Shown: positions 1 through 13,672 of the stretch, in pieces
How positions within the stretch are numbered: the first letter of the stretch is position 1
Layout of the letters: each line of letters begins with the position of its first letter
DNA from: the human T2T-CHM13v2.0 reference genome, Homo sapiens
Reading direction: 5' to 3' (one strand)
NCBI RefSeq assembly: GCF_009914755.1
Contig: NC_060943.1
Length of the DNA: 64,000 nucleotides
The notes under the pieces: model-generated
Seen by the model: the letters and a program-made list of their open reading frames with translations, nothing else
Told to the model about the DNA's origin: nothing
The model's database searches: none
Made by a program: the position numbers and the translations under genes

Positions 1-39
1 ATAATGATTAAAACCTGAATGGTAAAAAAATTATCATTA

Positions 40-478
40 AAATAAACTTCTCTCTGACTTTCTTACCATAAAAACTGGCCATAAAGAATGATCTGGCCTA
101 CCTTTTTGGACTGTAGATCAGAAAACCCTCATTCCAGAGAGTATCCTGCCCTATACCCAGAAGGAAGAAATGCTGCTCAGAGAGGCCAAAAAGGATCTAG
201 AAAGACGGGCTTTTCCGGGTTTCCCCACTATGTCTAGTAGCATTAGATCACATGCTTTCTGTCCAATCATATTTCTACATGGCTTTCCTACTGTGTCGGA
301 CCTAAGCACAACAGTAGACAATTTTCTTTGTATCTTTGTGTCTTCATTCTGAAGGTCTCAATGTGCACACATTGAATAAATTTGTATGCCTGTTCTCTAA
401 TTAATCTGCCCTTTGTGAGCTGATTTTTCAGGGAACCTTCAGAGGGCAAAGGGGAACCTATATTCTCTGGTTCCCTAT
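40..478 (+). mobile_element. ERV1 LTR, MER34/MER39-like (3' part)
   Basis: Blocks 'agagaggccaaaaaggatctagaaagacggg...tttccccact', AATAAA near 375 and end 'gaaccttcagagggcaaagggg...ccctata' resemble recalled MER39/MER34 consensus. Confidence 0.7.
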
Positions 479-1659
479 AAAAGAAGAAGAAGAAGAGAAT
501 CTTGGAAAGGTAAGACAAGAGCAGCCAAAGCCAGGCAGAATAATGTAAGAAAACCCAGAAGGAGAAAATGCCAGATGCTGAACTAAGGCCAGGTTGCAAG
601 TTTGCCACTAGAATGGGCAGGAGAAGAATCCTAAGGACCCCTTGGGTTATGGCAGAAGGAGGAAATAGGAGATGCCAAGAAGGGGGTGACCTCCATCCAT
701 TCCAGGAGCCTAAATATTGAATGCAAGCATGGAGGAAGCCTGAGTCCAGAAAGAAAAGCAGGAGAGGGCCGGATCTGCCTGGAGCTCAGAAAAGGATTCC
801 TGGGGATGGTGCCACTGCAGACAGGTCTCATGGACTGGGGGGTTGCAGCTTTTACTAATAAAATTTTTAATTGGGGGAAACAAAAGGAAACTTGAGAGAA
901 GGTGCACATCTTCCCTTCTTCCTGCACATAAGTGACTACCCATGCCTGGCTAAGAGCTTGCAAGCTTAATCAAGATACAATAACCAATGGTCATTATTGG
1001 GTGGGGAAATGAAGGTGCTTGTGGTTATGAACAGCTCCATAAGCATGAATCCAGGAAAGAGTGGCTCTAAGGGATTTGGGCTATAGCCTTATTATCAGAG
1101 CCATTCTTCTCATCTTTAAAATAACCTGGCAGGGCCTTCCAATGATCACATTGTGGCAATGGTAATTCAGCTTTTTCACCTCTGCTGTGATGACCTGTCA
1201 GTTGGTTCATATGAGCTCCAGGAGCATCTAGGGAGCCCAGAAGGTGCTGAGCCATCCAAGGAAGATGAGGTTCAGGTGGAAAGGTCAATGGTGACATTTC
1301 ATTTCAAGAGATCTGAAAGGGATCACTTCCCTTTGACAAATGTCTTTGTATCTCCCCGTGGGCTAGAAGAACCATGATTCATACAAGATCTGAGTCTATG
1401 GAAGTAGAGGAGTTCAGTGAAGAGGGGAGATGGAGCTTTATAAGTTCAGTCTAAACATTATCAAAGAGGGGGATACAAAAATCTCAACTGTGCAGGAATC
1501 AAAGACTAGAGTACACACCCAGCAGCAAGGAAAGCCCTGGAGTCACATGGACCACCTACAGAATGGGGCCACAAGTGATAGGCAAATGGCGAAAGTCAGT
1601 CATGCTAGGTCTTGAAGGGCCCATTGACCTCAGGAATTCAGAAGACGCTCAGCCCTGCC

Positions 1660-1885
1660 TGTGTGATGGAGCACTGTGATGAAGAAGTGGGCTGGGAGAC
1701 AGGCCATCTGCATGGTAGAACTGGCTGCTCTGCATGAGCTGTGCCAGTGGAAAGTCACATGGCTTCTCTATGCTTCCATGTCTTCCTCTGCATGACAAGA
1801 ATAAGAATATGGGCAGCTTTTAAGGGCTGTAGGAAGTATTCAATAATATAACGTGTGTAATGTGCCTGGCAGGCAGTAACTATTT
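1660..1885 (+). mobile_element. MIR SINE relic
   Basis: Degenerate MIR core 'gagctgtgccagtggaaagtcacatggcttctctatgcttc' and 3' 'gtgtgtaatgtgcctggcaggcagtaa'. Confidence 0.6.
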
Positions 1886-2911
1886 AGTCAAAATTGGGTT
1901 TTATTACTTCTTACTCTATTTATAGCAATCTGAGGAGCAGGGAGAAGTTTTATATGTTCATTTATCCTTCTTTGGAGCAAATTAGTGAAGCTGGCTCCTC
2001 TGCACCCCACAGTCCTTCCCCTGTCAGTGGCCTGCTGACTTCCCTTGCGCTTCTTTGTCTTTCTGTGCCTGAGGACCTTCCTGGGAACCATGTGTACAGC
2101 AGCCTGGAAGTGCTGGAAATTGCCACTATCTGGGAAAGCTGTCAAACAATGATGATTCCCTTTCAGGGGATAATTCTGAGGCAAGTGCTGTTCATATTTA
2201 GTGACTAAATATGGCTCCACTAGGCTTGGAAATGTGTGGTCAAACTGGTGTCCCTATTTAACATGTTGAGGCACTTGGATAGCTCTTGCTCATGGAAGCC
2301 TGAAGCCCATTGACAGGAGCTTTGGCCCTAATGTAGGCATCTTCTCCCACCCTTCCTGCTCTCTGCAGCAGGCATGGATGGCTAGATACCTGCTGTAGTC
2401 TTTTCTCACACTGCACTCAACATACCTGTGAGGCCAGTCACTCAGCAAAGATGAGCTGAGTATAATGGTGTTTGCATTCAGCCTGGACCTGATGGCAATA
2501 TTTCCATACTCTAGTAGAGTTTATTAGTGATGATTGCAGTTATTAGCAATGATTAGTATGTCGTTGGTACTATCAGAGGCTTCTTCGGGTCACATTGATC
2601 TATCAGTGCTAGACACATGGTTTCAGCAGCTATTGGCTGAGGGGAAATGTTTAGTGGCCAGGAAAAGGGGCAAACTGGACTTGTGTTATATCTTCTATTA
2701 GCTGTGTGGCACTGCTCATACCATCTCTGAACCTGTTTCCCTAAACCGCTTATCTCTTATCTGGTTATAAATCAAAATAGAAATTTTAACAGACTTCCTA
2801 AGCTGTGTAGGGCAGTATTCATAAGCAGATATTTTATTATTGTTATGCCTCTGACAAAGCCCAGTGTATTCTTTTTGAGGTTATAAAATAAAATTCCTAC
2901 AGCATTTAAGC

Positions 2912-3114
2912 AATAAGTAAAATTGAACAGATTTAAAAAATAAAACTGGTGGAGTTTACAATAAAATTTGTATAAAAATTATATAAAATTATATAAAATA
3001 AAAATTATAAAATTATAATAAAATTATATTATTAGTTTAATAAAACTAACAATATTAAGCAGGTAATATAAATAAGTACACTTGAACAGATTTAAGAAAA
3101 TAAAACTGGTGGAG
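2912..3114. repeat. ~43-bp direct repeat pair flanking AT-rich (ATAAAATTAT)n-like tract
   Basis: 'aataagtaaaattgaacagatttaaaaaataaaactggtggag' 2912-2954 and 'aataagtacacttgaacagatttaagaaaataaaactggtggag' 3071-3114. Confidence 0.85.
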
Positions 3115-4599
3115 ATAATAAAAACTTAAGGGTGTATGCCCTGCCTGAAGACATTCAAATTTAAACAAATAATAATACTGTGCTATTCAAACAAAGTATG
3201 ATTTCAGGCCAAATAATGCCAGTGTGTGATTTTTTATGAGTTCCTCCAACATGCTCAAAAAACTACTTTTCAAGATACAAATCCCATTCTATCCCAGAAT
3301 CAGAAGACCAAAAATTTTGGATAGATTAATGAATGAAGTCATCAGCTAAAGGCTGATCTTTTTCTCAGACCTGAAGGCCTGAGTTTTATTCCCTGCAGCA
3401 ACCAATTGAGCCATCATAGCTCCGTAGCTGCACATGATATAGGAGAGTTGCCTCTTTGGTAAAAATTTATCTCCAAAAAGCAGGGGACTACCATTCCTGT
3501 TAAAGTCCCACAGTTGTCTCTATGCCAAGCATCTATAATTTCTTCAATTATTCAACTGCCCTCCCTGGAAATGTTGACAGCACCACTTTCACCTGCATTT
3601 CTTTAGGGAATCACAGATCTTACTTAAATGTCCTGGTAACTAACTTTTTTTTCACAACACCACTTCACTAAGCTAAAAAAGGACATTGCCTTCCTCTCTT
3701 TAGAACTCAAGCTGAAGCTCCTCATTGACAACCTACTTTTGAGAGTCCTAATTGAACTATGATCTCAATACTCTCTCCCTGCCTTCAGGCTATTCACTAA
3801 CAACACCTCTTTATCCACACCTGACTGATGCCTGGACTCTCTGAGCCTCTGTCAGGTCACTGTATTTAGTTAGTTGTAATACAAAGAAAGCACTCTCCCT
3901 AAATTTTCTGTCATGTGGATTTCCCCCACTGCATCATGGATAAAAATCCTTAGGAGTGTATATAAGAAGGGCGACATGCTCAGCAGTTAAGAAGGGCTAA
4001 GTGCCTTGTAGAGGACTTACATGATCAGGTGAAGATGGTGGGGAACATGATCTCTTTTCCAGCCTTTCAGACATGAAATAAATGTAGACTGTCTTGCTCT
4101 ATCATCTAGCTCTTCAAGAAAAGCAGAAAATCCAAAATTTTAAATCTGGGGAACAAAAATATGCATTCAAAAATACACAACAAAAAATGCAAGAGTATTT
4201 TTAAATTTTGCCTAATAGAGGAAAACCAAAATTTTACAGAAAATATCTACAACAAACTGGGTGGCCAGGTATCCCCATCAACCCGAAAATTTGGACAGAT
4301 GGGTTAAACTTCAGACAAAACCTCATGGCATCACCATCTTCTTGGGAGAAGGTGGGAGAAATGCAGCAGCTTCTGATGGTCCTGGGAGCATGGAATCAAT
4401 GCCACCAGCAGGTGCTCACAGGATGCGCGTCAGGTCAGCCTGAAGCAGCTTCTGAAAATGTGAGCACGCTCTTCAGGCTCCAATGTATAAGGATGGCTCC
4501 ACTAGAAGGAGAAACTTGTTTGAATGTATCCATTTGATTTGCTTTCATTGTTTACAAAAACATTATTCTACTTCATATTCTCTTCTATAATAACTTTGT

Positions 4600-4644
4600 T
4601 TTATTTTTTATTTTATTATTATTATACTTTAAGTTTTAGGGTAC
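4600..4644 (-). mobile_element. Extremely 5'-truncated young L1PA 3' end (~45 bp)
   Basis: 'ttattattatactttaagttttagggtac' is the reverse complement of the L1PA2-4-type terminus; flanked by 'actttgt' at 4593-4599 and 4643-4649. Confidence 0.8.
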
Positions 4645-5000
4645 TTTGTATGTGATTTGACTGCAGTTATTGTGTCTTGCTTATTTTTAACTGAAAAAAA
4701 TTTTACTTGAATTTTGAGAAAAATGGAAAGGGCCAGGAGAAAATTGCTAATTTTATAGCTTTAAAGCTACCTCCTCAGTTCTTTGCATGAAATCTGTGTC
4801 TTCTGCTTCAATTTGATCTGGACCTTATTCAACTCATAGTGAAAGAATATATCATGTACCTTAGAATATTAACCCAGGACTTTTGACTGAAAAACAAATT
4901 TTGGTAAAACAATTTAATTTAAAAAGTAAAGAAAAAATTATTAGAGCTTCTGGATAAAATGATCAAGTCACACATAAAACAAAGAAATTCAGGATTTGGG

Positions 5001-5429
5001 TGTCTCAGGTTGGGTTTCCCTGGAACAGACACTGAGGCAGGATTTGTGTGTAGAGAGTTTATTGAGGGGTAACCTCAGGGTAAATACCTATGGGGAACTA
5101 AAGAAACTAGGGAGAGGAGTTGAACTGTACCTCAGCCACAAGGATCTCAGCTAATCTCACATGTCCTTCTAGAGCTGAGATGGCCCTTCAGAGCATCCCA
5201 CCTTGAAACGAGGGGACAGGCTTTTTATCCCCACTTCTAAATTAGCGAGTCATTGGGCGAGGACTGTCAAAAAGGAGGAGACATGTCCTCGGATGAAATG
5301 CCTCTTTTCCTCAGAGGACACGTCCCAGACAGGAACTCACCTGAGCGTGGTCAGCTGCCAAAACTCCCCTAGCACGTGTGACTGCATGGTCCTGAGGGGA
5401 CCTGGGGGTGCACGAAACCATTCACCACA
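5001..5429 (-). mobile_element. ERVL LTR, LTR16-family
   Basis: TG...CA ends; 'gggtttccctggaacagacactgaggcaggatttg...tttattg' and 'gagctgagatggcccttcagag' typical of LTR16. Confidence 0.7.
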
Positions 5430-5689
5430 GATTGCGTTTAAACTTTTTAAAGCAATGACTTATGCCAGAATAAAATCAGGAAATACATTAGAAGTACTAA
5501 GGAAAGAAAGTGTGGGCCATAGTAATAACTAAAATTAAAAATGGGGGCTCAACTATGGCTATTATAAAGCCTGAATAGTGTAAAATGCCTGCAGAGATAC
5601 ATTAACCGTTCTAAATATAAAATGTGCCAAAAAAGAGGGCAAAATACTCAAAATCTAGCAGCCTAAAACAGCAAGCCTTTCCTGTCTCT

Positions 5690-6115
5690 CAACATGTGTG
5701 GGGCGGAAATCTGGGTCATCATTAACTTGGTGCCTCCTGCTCAGAGTCTCCCGTCTGGCAGCAGAGTGCTGGGTAGGCCGGCACTTCAGCCTCCACTGAA
5801 ATTTACCTCCATGCTGAGGGAAGGCTTCAGGCTTTTTGGCTAATGACATCACATTCCTGATCAGTGGACCTCTCCACAGAGCAACTCACAACAAGCAATG
5901 GCTTCCTTCAGAGAAACTGTCAGAGAGACCACCCAAGAAGACAGCACAGCCTCTTTGTAACCTGATCTCCAAACTGTCATCCCATCCTTTTTGCCTTATT
6001 CTATTATTTCAAAGTGAATCCTAATTCTGGCCCACACTCAAGGAGAGATTACACAAGGGTGTGATTATCAGGAGGTGGGGATCATTAAGCAGTATCTTAG
6101 AGGCTGCCTGCCACA
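5690..6115 (-). mobile_element. MaLR LTR, MLT1F-like
   Basis: End 'caagggtgtgattatcaggaggtggggatcatt...cttagaggctgcctgccaca' matches reverse complement of MLT1F start. Confidence 0.75.
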
Positions 6116-6282
6116 ACTTGTGAAATATAGTGCCCCATACACATGTACCATTATTATGTGTCAATCATAAATTTTAAAAATACAGTTTTTTAAAAATTTA
6201 AAAATTTAAACATTATTCTGCTTTTTAAAAATAGAACTGTACTTCAGATTAGCCTAATATGACTATATTAAGAATTAATATA

Positions 6283-6585
6283 GGCCGGGTGAGGTGGCTC
6301 ACGCTTATAATCCCAGCACTTTGGGAGGCCAAGGCGGGCGGATCATGAGGTCAGGAGATCGAGACCATCCTGGCTAACACAGTTAAACCCCGTCTCTACT
6401 AAAAATACAAAAAATTCGCCGGGCGCGGTGGCAGGCGCCTGTAGTCCCAGCTACTCTACTCGGGAGGCTGAGGCAGGAGAATAGCATGAACCCGGGAGGC
6501 GGAGCTTGCAGTGAGCAGAGATAACACCACTGCAGTCTGGCCTGGGCGAAAGAGCGAGACTCTGTCTCAAAAAAAAAAAAAAAAA
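6283..6585 (+). mobile_element. AluY-type SINE, full length
   Basis: AluY diagnostics 'gagatcgagaccatcctggctaacac', 'ggagcttgcagtgag'; poly(A); 13-bp TSD aagaattaatata (6270-6282, 6586-6598). Confidence 0.97.
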
Positions 6586-6789
6586 AAGAATTAATATAAA
6601 TAAATACAATAAAAATATAAATATAATATATTAATATAATATATAAATATAATTAAAATATTCCCCATATTTCAGCCAATAATAAATTAAAGAATCTAGA
6701 CAATGACCATCAACGATGCCTAACATCATAACAAAGATAGTTTGACCTGAGGTGCTTACTGAGGCAGATGCACAGCTTGACCTATTTTG

Positions 6790-7345
6790 CAGTCTTCCCC
6801 CAAAATCATCAAACCTAAATCTAATCAAGATTCTAGATCTAACTACTTATTTACAAGAAGTACAGAAGAAACAACACTATAAGTAAGCAATTAGCATACT
6901 TCAGAATGTGGGAAACTACGGTAACTACTGATTTCTTCAACAAAAGAATTTCAAGGCAAAATAAAAGAGAAAGAGATGGAGAACTTATGAAAAGAGACAT
7001 CAAAAGAGTCAAGAAAAACATCAACCAGTTGCAACATACGGACTTTACTTATATTGTAATTCAAACAAACAGGTACAGTTATAAAACAATCAGGAAACTG
7101 TGAACACTAACATGTAATGGTACAAAAAATTATTGGGATTTTTAAAGTATAAAATAATATTGTGATTACAGGTTTTAAGAAATTTCTTATCTTTTAGAGA
7201 TATGTTTTTAGTTACAGATAAAATCGTATGATATTTGGGATTTGCTTCAAAAATAATCTGGGTGTAGGTCAGTTGGTGGGGGTATAGATGGTCATGAGTT
7301 GAACACTTTTGAGGCTAGGACATGGGACATAAAAGTTTATTTCAA
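6790..7345 (+). mobile_element. Old L1 3' UTR fragment (L1MC/L1ME-like)
   Basis: 'ttatcttttagagatatg...tgatatttgggatttgcttcaaaaataat' characteristic of L1MC/ME 3' ends. Confidence 0.65.
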
Positions 7346-7526
7346 TCAAACAAAGTCATTGTACCGGGAAGAATAATACCTGTGTACCAAATGTGGTCAG
7401 TTGAATATAGTTTTGTGATCTTTGGTCTATACACATAAAATGGCTTAAAAAGTTAATTAACCTGTACCACTCAATTCATTAAACATTTAGTGTGTGTAAA
7501 TCCTTGTTAAGTTTGCATGAATTGAA

Positions 7527-7615
7527 TTTTTATTTGAGACAGGGTCTGTCTTTGTTGCACAGGCTGAAGTGTAGTGGCTAAATCATGGCTTACTGCAGCC
7601 TTGACCTCCTAAGCT
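7527..7615 (-). mobile_element. AluJ right-arm fragment, abutting the L1 5' region
   Basis: 'tttgagacagggtct...caggctgaagtgtagtgg...gcttactgcagccttgacctcct'. Confidence 0.85.
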
Positions 7616-9118
7616 ACTACTGCCGCTGGCACTTTCTTGCAAGTGCCACCTTCTGACTGGAGACCAACGAACACTGTCCATTACAACATCTCCAGGCAGA
7701 ATAACACGGTGTCCAGGAAGGAGAAAACATGGGCATGACCTCAGCTATCACCATTGCCTGCACCATCCTGGCTAACCAGGAGGTCCCTAGTATATCCATG
7801 AGATCTGTTCATTACTACCACAACTGGCATTTGAGAAAGCCAATATACAGAGGCTATCTATAACCAAGGAATCTCACAGAGTCTATGTCACTCCCCTGCC
7901 AACCCCATCAGGGCTGGTGCTGGTTCCCACTACTGGGAGACTTAAGGATAGGTTACATCACTGGATCCCTTGAAGACATTCCACAGCACCAGCCTGGAGT
8001 GTGGCAGCGACACAAGGCAGCTAGACTCAGAGGAGCAACAACATGTGCAGTAACCTGGCTCTGAGAGACTCCGACTCCTAGGGGAAGAGGGAGTGAACCA
8101 CATGAAAGGAACCCTCCATAGGACAAAGGAACTGGACAGCAGGACTTGAGTCTCAGATCATTCCACTGGTGGGAAGTGTCTTTCAGCAGAAGGTCAGTTG
8201 TAGTGCGAGGCTCAGCAGGGAAAGTCTGCAGCTCTCTCCAGCTGCCAGGCAGTTCTGGTGCTCATGAAGGAGCTTGGAGAAGAAGGCTTTTTCCCCCGCA
8301 TCCACCACTGCAGACACCGCTGGGGCTTTTCCCATTGGAAGGCGGTGTGGGTGCACCTATAGACAGCCTCTCTGGAACACTTCAGAGCGACTGCATCCCC
8401 CCAGGAAAAGCACCATCCACGTGCAGGCCTGCACAAGGGGTAGAGTCACAATTTCTTTCTACTTGGAACATCACCACTCCCACAGATATAAAGAGGCACC
8501 TGTCTGATCTGAATAGCTGGAACACTGGTTATGGAGTGTGTCTGGGAGGTGAATAGCATTCCTGCCAGCCTGGGAGAAGAGCTGAGGTAGCTCTGGTCCT
8601 TCCCTCTGATAAGACCTCAGTGTGTTTCACTGAAAGCTCCCCCATCCACTCTGTAAAAGCTGAGACCTCTGCCCATGAAAGGGTACTGCATCTGCCCACC
8701 TGCTTTAGCCATAGACAATTTCTACCTGTGGATGCCTCCTCTATTAGCCCGAAGCCTAAATTATTCAACCCAGTAAATAAAATACTAGGGAAATTAGAAA
8801 AATAAATAAGCGCACACCACAGAAGAGTGAAATAAGCTTCAAGAGACCTCTGCCACTCCAATCCCATAGGAGAGAATGAACTTGCTCACGCACCAAGCAC
8901 ATTGCTACTACAATAAGCATCCAAGAAAGGCATCATACAAAGACTGTCTGTAACCAAGGAACTCTTACAGAGTCTTCACCTCTGAAAGCACTAAGAGCCA
9001 AATTAGTTTGCAATAAACTGTAAATGTTAAAGTCATATCCTTAAAGGGGAAAAAATTAAAAAAAAACAGTCAAATAAAGAATAAATGCTAGAATAATTAT
9101 AAAAAATAGTCTATCCAA

Positions 9119-10095
9119 ATGACAAGGAACCAGAAAAATAAATCTGGCAATATGACAAATCAGGGTTCTATAACACCCCAAAAGATCACCTCAGCCCTCT
9201 AGCAATGGATGCAAAAAAAGTTGAAATATTTGAAATACGAGATAAAGAATTCAAAAGGTTGATTATTAAGCTACTCAAGGAGATACCAGAGAAAGATGAA
9301 AACCAACAAAAAGAAATTTAAAAAAAAAACTATTCAGGATATAAATGAAAAATTGTCTAAAGAGATCGATATTTTAAAGAAAAACCAATCAGAACTTCTA
9401 GAAATGAATGGCACATTTAGAGAATTACAGAATGCAGTGAAAAGTTTTAACAATAGACTAGAACAAGCACAAGAAAGAATTTCAGAGCTTGAAGACAAGA
9501 CTTTTGAATTAAACAAATCAGATAAAAATATAGAAAAAAGAATCAAAAATATAAATCAACAAAGTCTCCATGAAATATGAGATTATCTAAAATAGCCAAA
9601 GCTAAGAATAATTAATGTTCCTGAGAGAGAAAAGAGAGCAAAAACTTTGAAAAATGTATTTGAGGGAATAATAGAGGAAAACTTCCCTGGCCTTGGTAGA
9701 GATTTAGATATCCAAATATAAGAAGCTCAAAGAATTCATGGGAGATCCATTGCAAAAAAGATAATCACAAAGGCATATAGTCATCAGGCTATCTAACGTC
9801 AACATTAAAAGAAGAATTGTAAGAGCAGTGAGACAAAAGCATCAGGTAACCTATAAAGAAAAACCCATCCAACTAACAGAAGACTTATCAGCAGTAACCC
9901 TACAAGCCAGAAGGGATGGGGGTAATGTTTTAGCCTCCTAAAACAGAATAACTCTCAGCTAATAATTTTCTATGCAGCAAAACTAAGTTTCATAAATGAA
10001 AGAGAAATAGTGTCATTTTCAGACAAATACTGAGGAAATTTGTTACTATCAAACCGACCCTACAAAAAAATGGTAAAAGGAGCTTTAAATCTTAA
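9119..10095 (+). pseudogene. L1 ORF1p remnant (frameshifts and stops)
   Basis: Start 'atgacaaggaaccagaaaaat'; ORF 9296..9580 gives coiled-coil 'FNNRLEQAQERISELEDKTFEL' of ORF1p. Confidence 0.88.
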
Positions 10096-13000
10096 ATAAA
10101 AAGCTTGATGTGCACAAAAATAAAACCTTTTGAAAGCATAAAACTCACATGGCCTACAAAACAATAAACCAATGAAATAAACAACAGCAAAGTATTCAGG
10201 TAACAACTAACATGATGACTGTAACAGTACCTCGCATCTTGATATTGTTAAATATAAATGGACTAAATGCTCTACTTAAAATACACAGATTGGCAGAACA
10301 GACAAATATCACAAATAAAATATTTGCTATCTTCAAGAGACTCACCTACCACATCAGGATTCATATAAACTCAAGGTAAAGGGGTAGAAAAAGACATTCC
10401 ACATAAATAGAAACCAGAAGTGAGACTAAAGCAACAAGAGTAGAAAAATAAAAAGATGGTCATTATTTAATGATAAAAGAATCAATCCAACAAGCGGATA
10501 TTACAATTCTAAATTTATATGCACCTAACACTGAAGCTCTCAGATTCATAAAACAATTACTACTAGACCTAGGAAATTAAATAGACAACAACACAATAAC
10601 AGTGGGAGATTTCAACACTCCAGTGACAGCACTAGTAGATTATCAGGACACAAAATCAACAAAGGAAGAATGAACTTAAACTGCATTCTAGAACAAATGG
10701 GTCTAACAGATATTTACGCAACATTCTAACTCCAGAATAGAACAAGAACTCCAGAATATACATTCATCTTATCAGCACATGGAACATTCACCAAGATAGA
10801 CCATATGACAGGTCAAAAAACAAGTCTCAGTAAATCTGAAAACATCAAAATCATGTCAAGTATTTTCTCAGACCTCAGTGGAATAAAACTAGAAATCAAC
10901 TCCAAAAGGAATCCTCAAACTATACAAAAAAATAGAAATTAAACAATCTGCTCCTGTGTAATTTTGGAGTTAACAATGAAATCAAGAGGGAAATTTAAAA
11001 ATTATTTGAAATTAATGATAATAGTGACACAATTTAGCAAAACTTCTGGAATATAACAAAAGAGTGTTAGGAGGACAGTTTATACCACTAAATGTTTACA
11101 TCAGAAAGTCTGAAAGATCACGCACAGATTGACAACCTAATGTCACACCTCAAGGCATTAGAGAAACAAGAACAAACTGAATAAAAAGCTAGAGGAAGAA
11201 AGTAAACAACAAAGATCACGGCACAACTAAATGAAATTGAAACAAAAAATACAAAAGTTTGATTTAAAAAAAAGCTGGTTCTTTGAAAAGATAAACCAAA
11301 CTGACAGAACATTAGCTTGATTAACCAAGAAGAGAGAAGATTCAAATAAGCTCAAATAGAAATGAAACTGGAGATACTGCAACTGACACCACAGAAATAC
11401 AAAAGATTATTCAAGATCCTATGAACTGATCTATGCACACAAACTAGAAAATTTAGAGGAAATGGATGAATTTCTGAAAACATACAACCCTCATATATTA
11501 AATAGGGAATACAAACCTTGAAAAGATTAATAAGAAGCAATGAGATTGAATCGGTAGTTTTAAAAAGCCAACGACAACAAAAGCCCAGGGCCAGATGGAT
11601 TCACAGCTGAATTCTACCAAACATATTGGTACCAATCTTACTAAAAATATTCCAAAAGAAGAATAGGGGAAATACTCCCTAAGTCATTTTGTGAAGCAAG
11701 TATCCCCCTGATACTAAAAACAGGAAAAGATATAACCAAGAGAAAACCCCACAGACCAATATCCTTAATGAACATAGATGCAAAAATCTTCAACAAAATA
11801 CTAGCTAACCAAATCCAATAGCACGTCAAAAAAATAATATACCATGAACAAGTGAGTTTTATTCCAGGGATGCAGGGATTGTTTAACATATGCAAGTCAG
11901 CAAATGTGATACATCACATAAACAGAATTAAAAACAAAAGCCATATGATCATCTCAATAGATGCAGAAAAATCATTCTATAAACTTCAGCATCTTTTCTG
12001 ATAAAACCTTCAACAAACTAGGCATAGAAGGGACTTACCTCAAATGAATCAAAGCCATCTATGACAAACCCACAGCCAACATCATAGTGAATGGAGAAAA
12101 GTTGAAAGCTTTCCCCCTGAGTACTGGAACAAGACAAGGATGCCCACTTTCACCACTTCTGTTCAACATAGTAATGGAAGTCCTAGCCAGAGCAATCAGG
12201 AAAGAGAAGAAAATATAGGGTTTCCAAATAAGAAAAAAGGAAGTCAAACTACTACTGTTTACCAATGGTATAATTGTATACCTAGAAAACCCTAAAGACT
12301 CCTAGATATGATAAAGGAGTTCAGTAAAGTCTCAGGTTACAAAATCAATTTACACAAATCAGTAGCACTGCTGTACATCAAAAACAACCAAGTTGAGAAG
12401 AACTGAACCCCTTTCACAGCAGCTGCAAAGAAATAAAACACCTAGTAATATACTTAACCAAGGAGGTGAAAGAGCTCTACAAGCAAAACTATAAAACACT
12501 GCTGAAGAAAACACAGTTGAAATAAATAAATGAAAACACATTCCATGCTCATTGATTGAAAAAGTAAATATCATTAAAATGACCATACTGTCCAAAGCAA
12601 TCTACAGATTTAATGCAATTTTCATCAAAATACATCATTTTTCACAAAACTAGAAGAAACAATTCTAAAATTTATTCGGTACCAAAACAGAGCCCCAGTA
12701 GCCAAGGCAATCCTAAGTAAGAAAAGCAAAAGTAGAGGCATCAAATTGCCAGTGTTCATATTTTACTACAAGGCTGTAATTACCAAAACAACATGGTACT
12801 GGTATGAAAGTAGACACAGAGACCAATGGAACACAATAGAAAATCCAGAAATGAAGCCAAATGCCTACAACCAACTGATTTTTGAAAAGCATACAAAAAC
12901 ATAAATTAGGGAAAGAACACCCTATTTAATAAATTGTGCTAGGAAAACTGGCTAGCCACATGTAGAATTAAATTGGATCTCTATCTCTCACCTTGTGCAA

Positions 13001-13672
13001 AAATCAACTCAAAACGTGTCAAGTACTTAAATATAAGACCCCAAAGCATAAAAATTCTAGAAGATAACCTTGAAAAAACTCTCCTGGACATTGGCCTAGG
13101 CAAAGAATTTATGACTAAAACCTCAAAAGCAAATGCAACAGAAACAAAAGTAAATAAATGGCACCTGACTAAATTAAAAAGGTTCTGCACAGAAAAAGAG
13201 ATAATCATCAGAGTAAAGAGACAACCCAGAAAGGAAGAAAATATTTGCAACCTGTGCATCTGACAAAGGACTGATAACCAGAATATACAAAAAAAGAAAA
13301 AAAACATCTCAAATCTTCAAGGAAAAAAATAATTCCATCAAAAAATTGGCAAATAATATGAATAGACATTTCTCAAAACAAGATATACAAATAGCCAACA
13401 AACACGAGAAAATGCTCAGCATCACTAATCATCAGGGAAATGCAAATTAAAACCACAATGGAGCACCACCTTGCTCCTGCAAGAATGACTATTATTAAAA
13501 AGTCAAAAAAAAATAGATGTTGGCATGGATTTGGTGAAAGGGGAGTGCTTATTCATTGATGGTGGGAATGTAAATTAGTACAACCTCTATAAAAAAACAG
13601 TATGGACATTCTTTAAAGAACTAAAAGTAGATCTATTATTCAATCCAACAATCTCACTACTGGATATCTACC

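Noticed and set aside
7845-8980. Repeated block 'taaccaaggaa..ctc..acagagtct' at ~7861 and ~8952
   Set aside because: Most likely native repeated structure of L1PB-type 5'UTRs, not locus-specific
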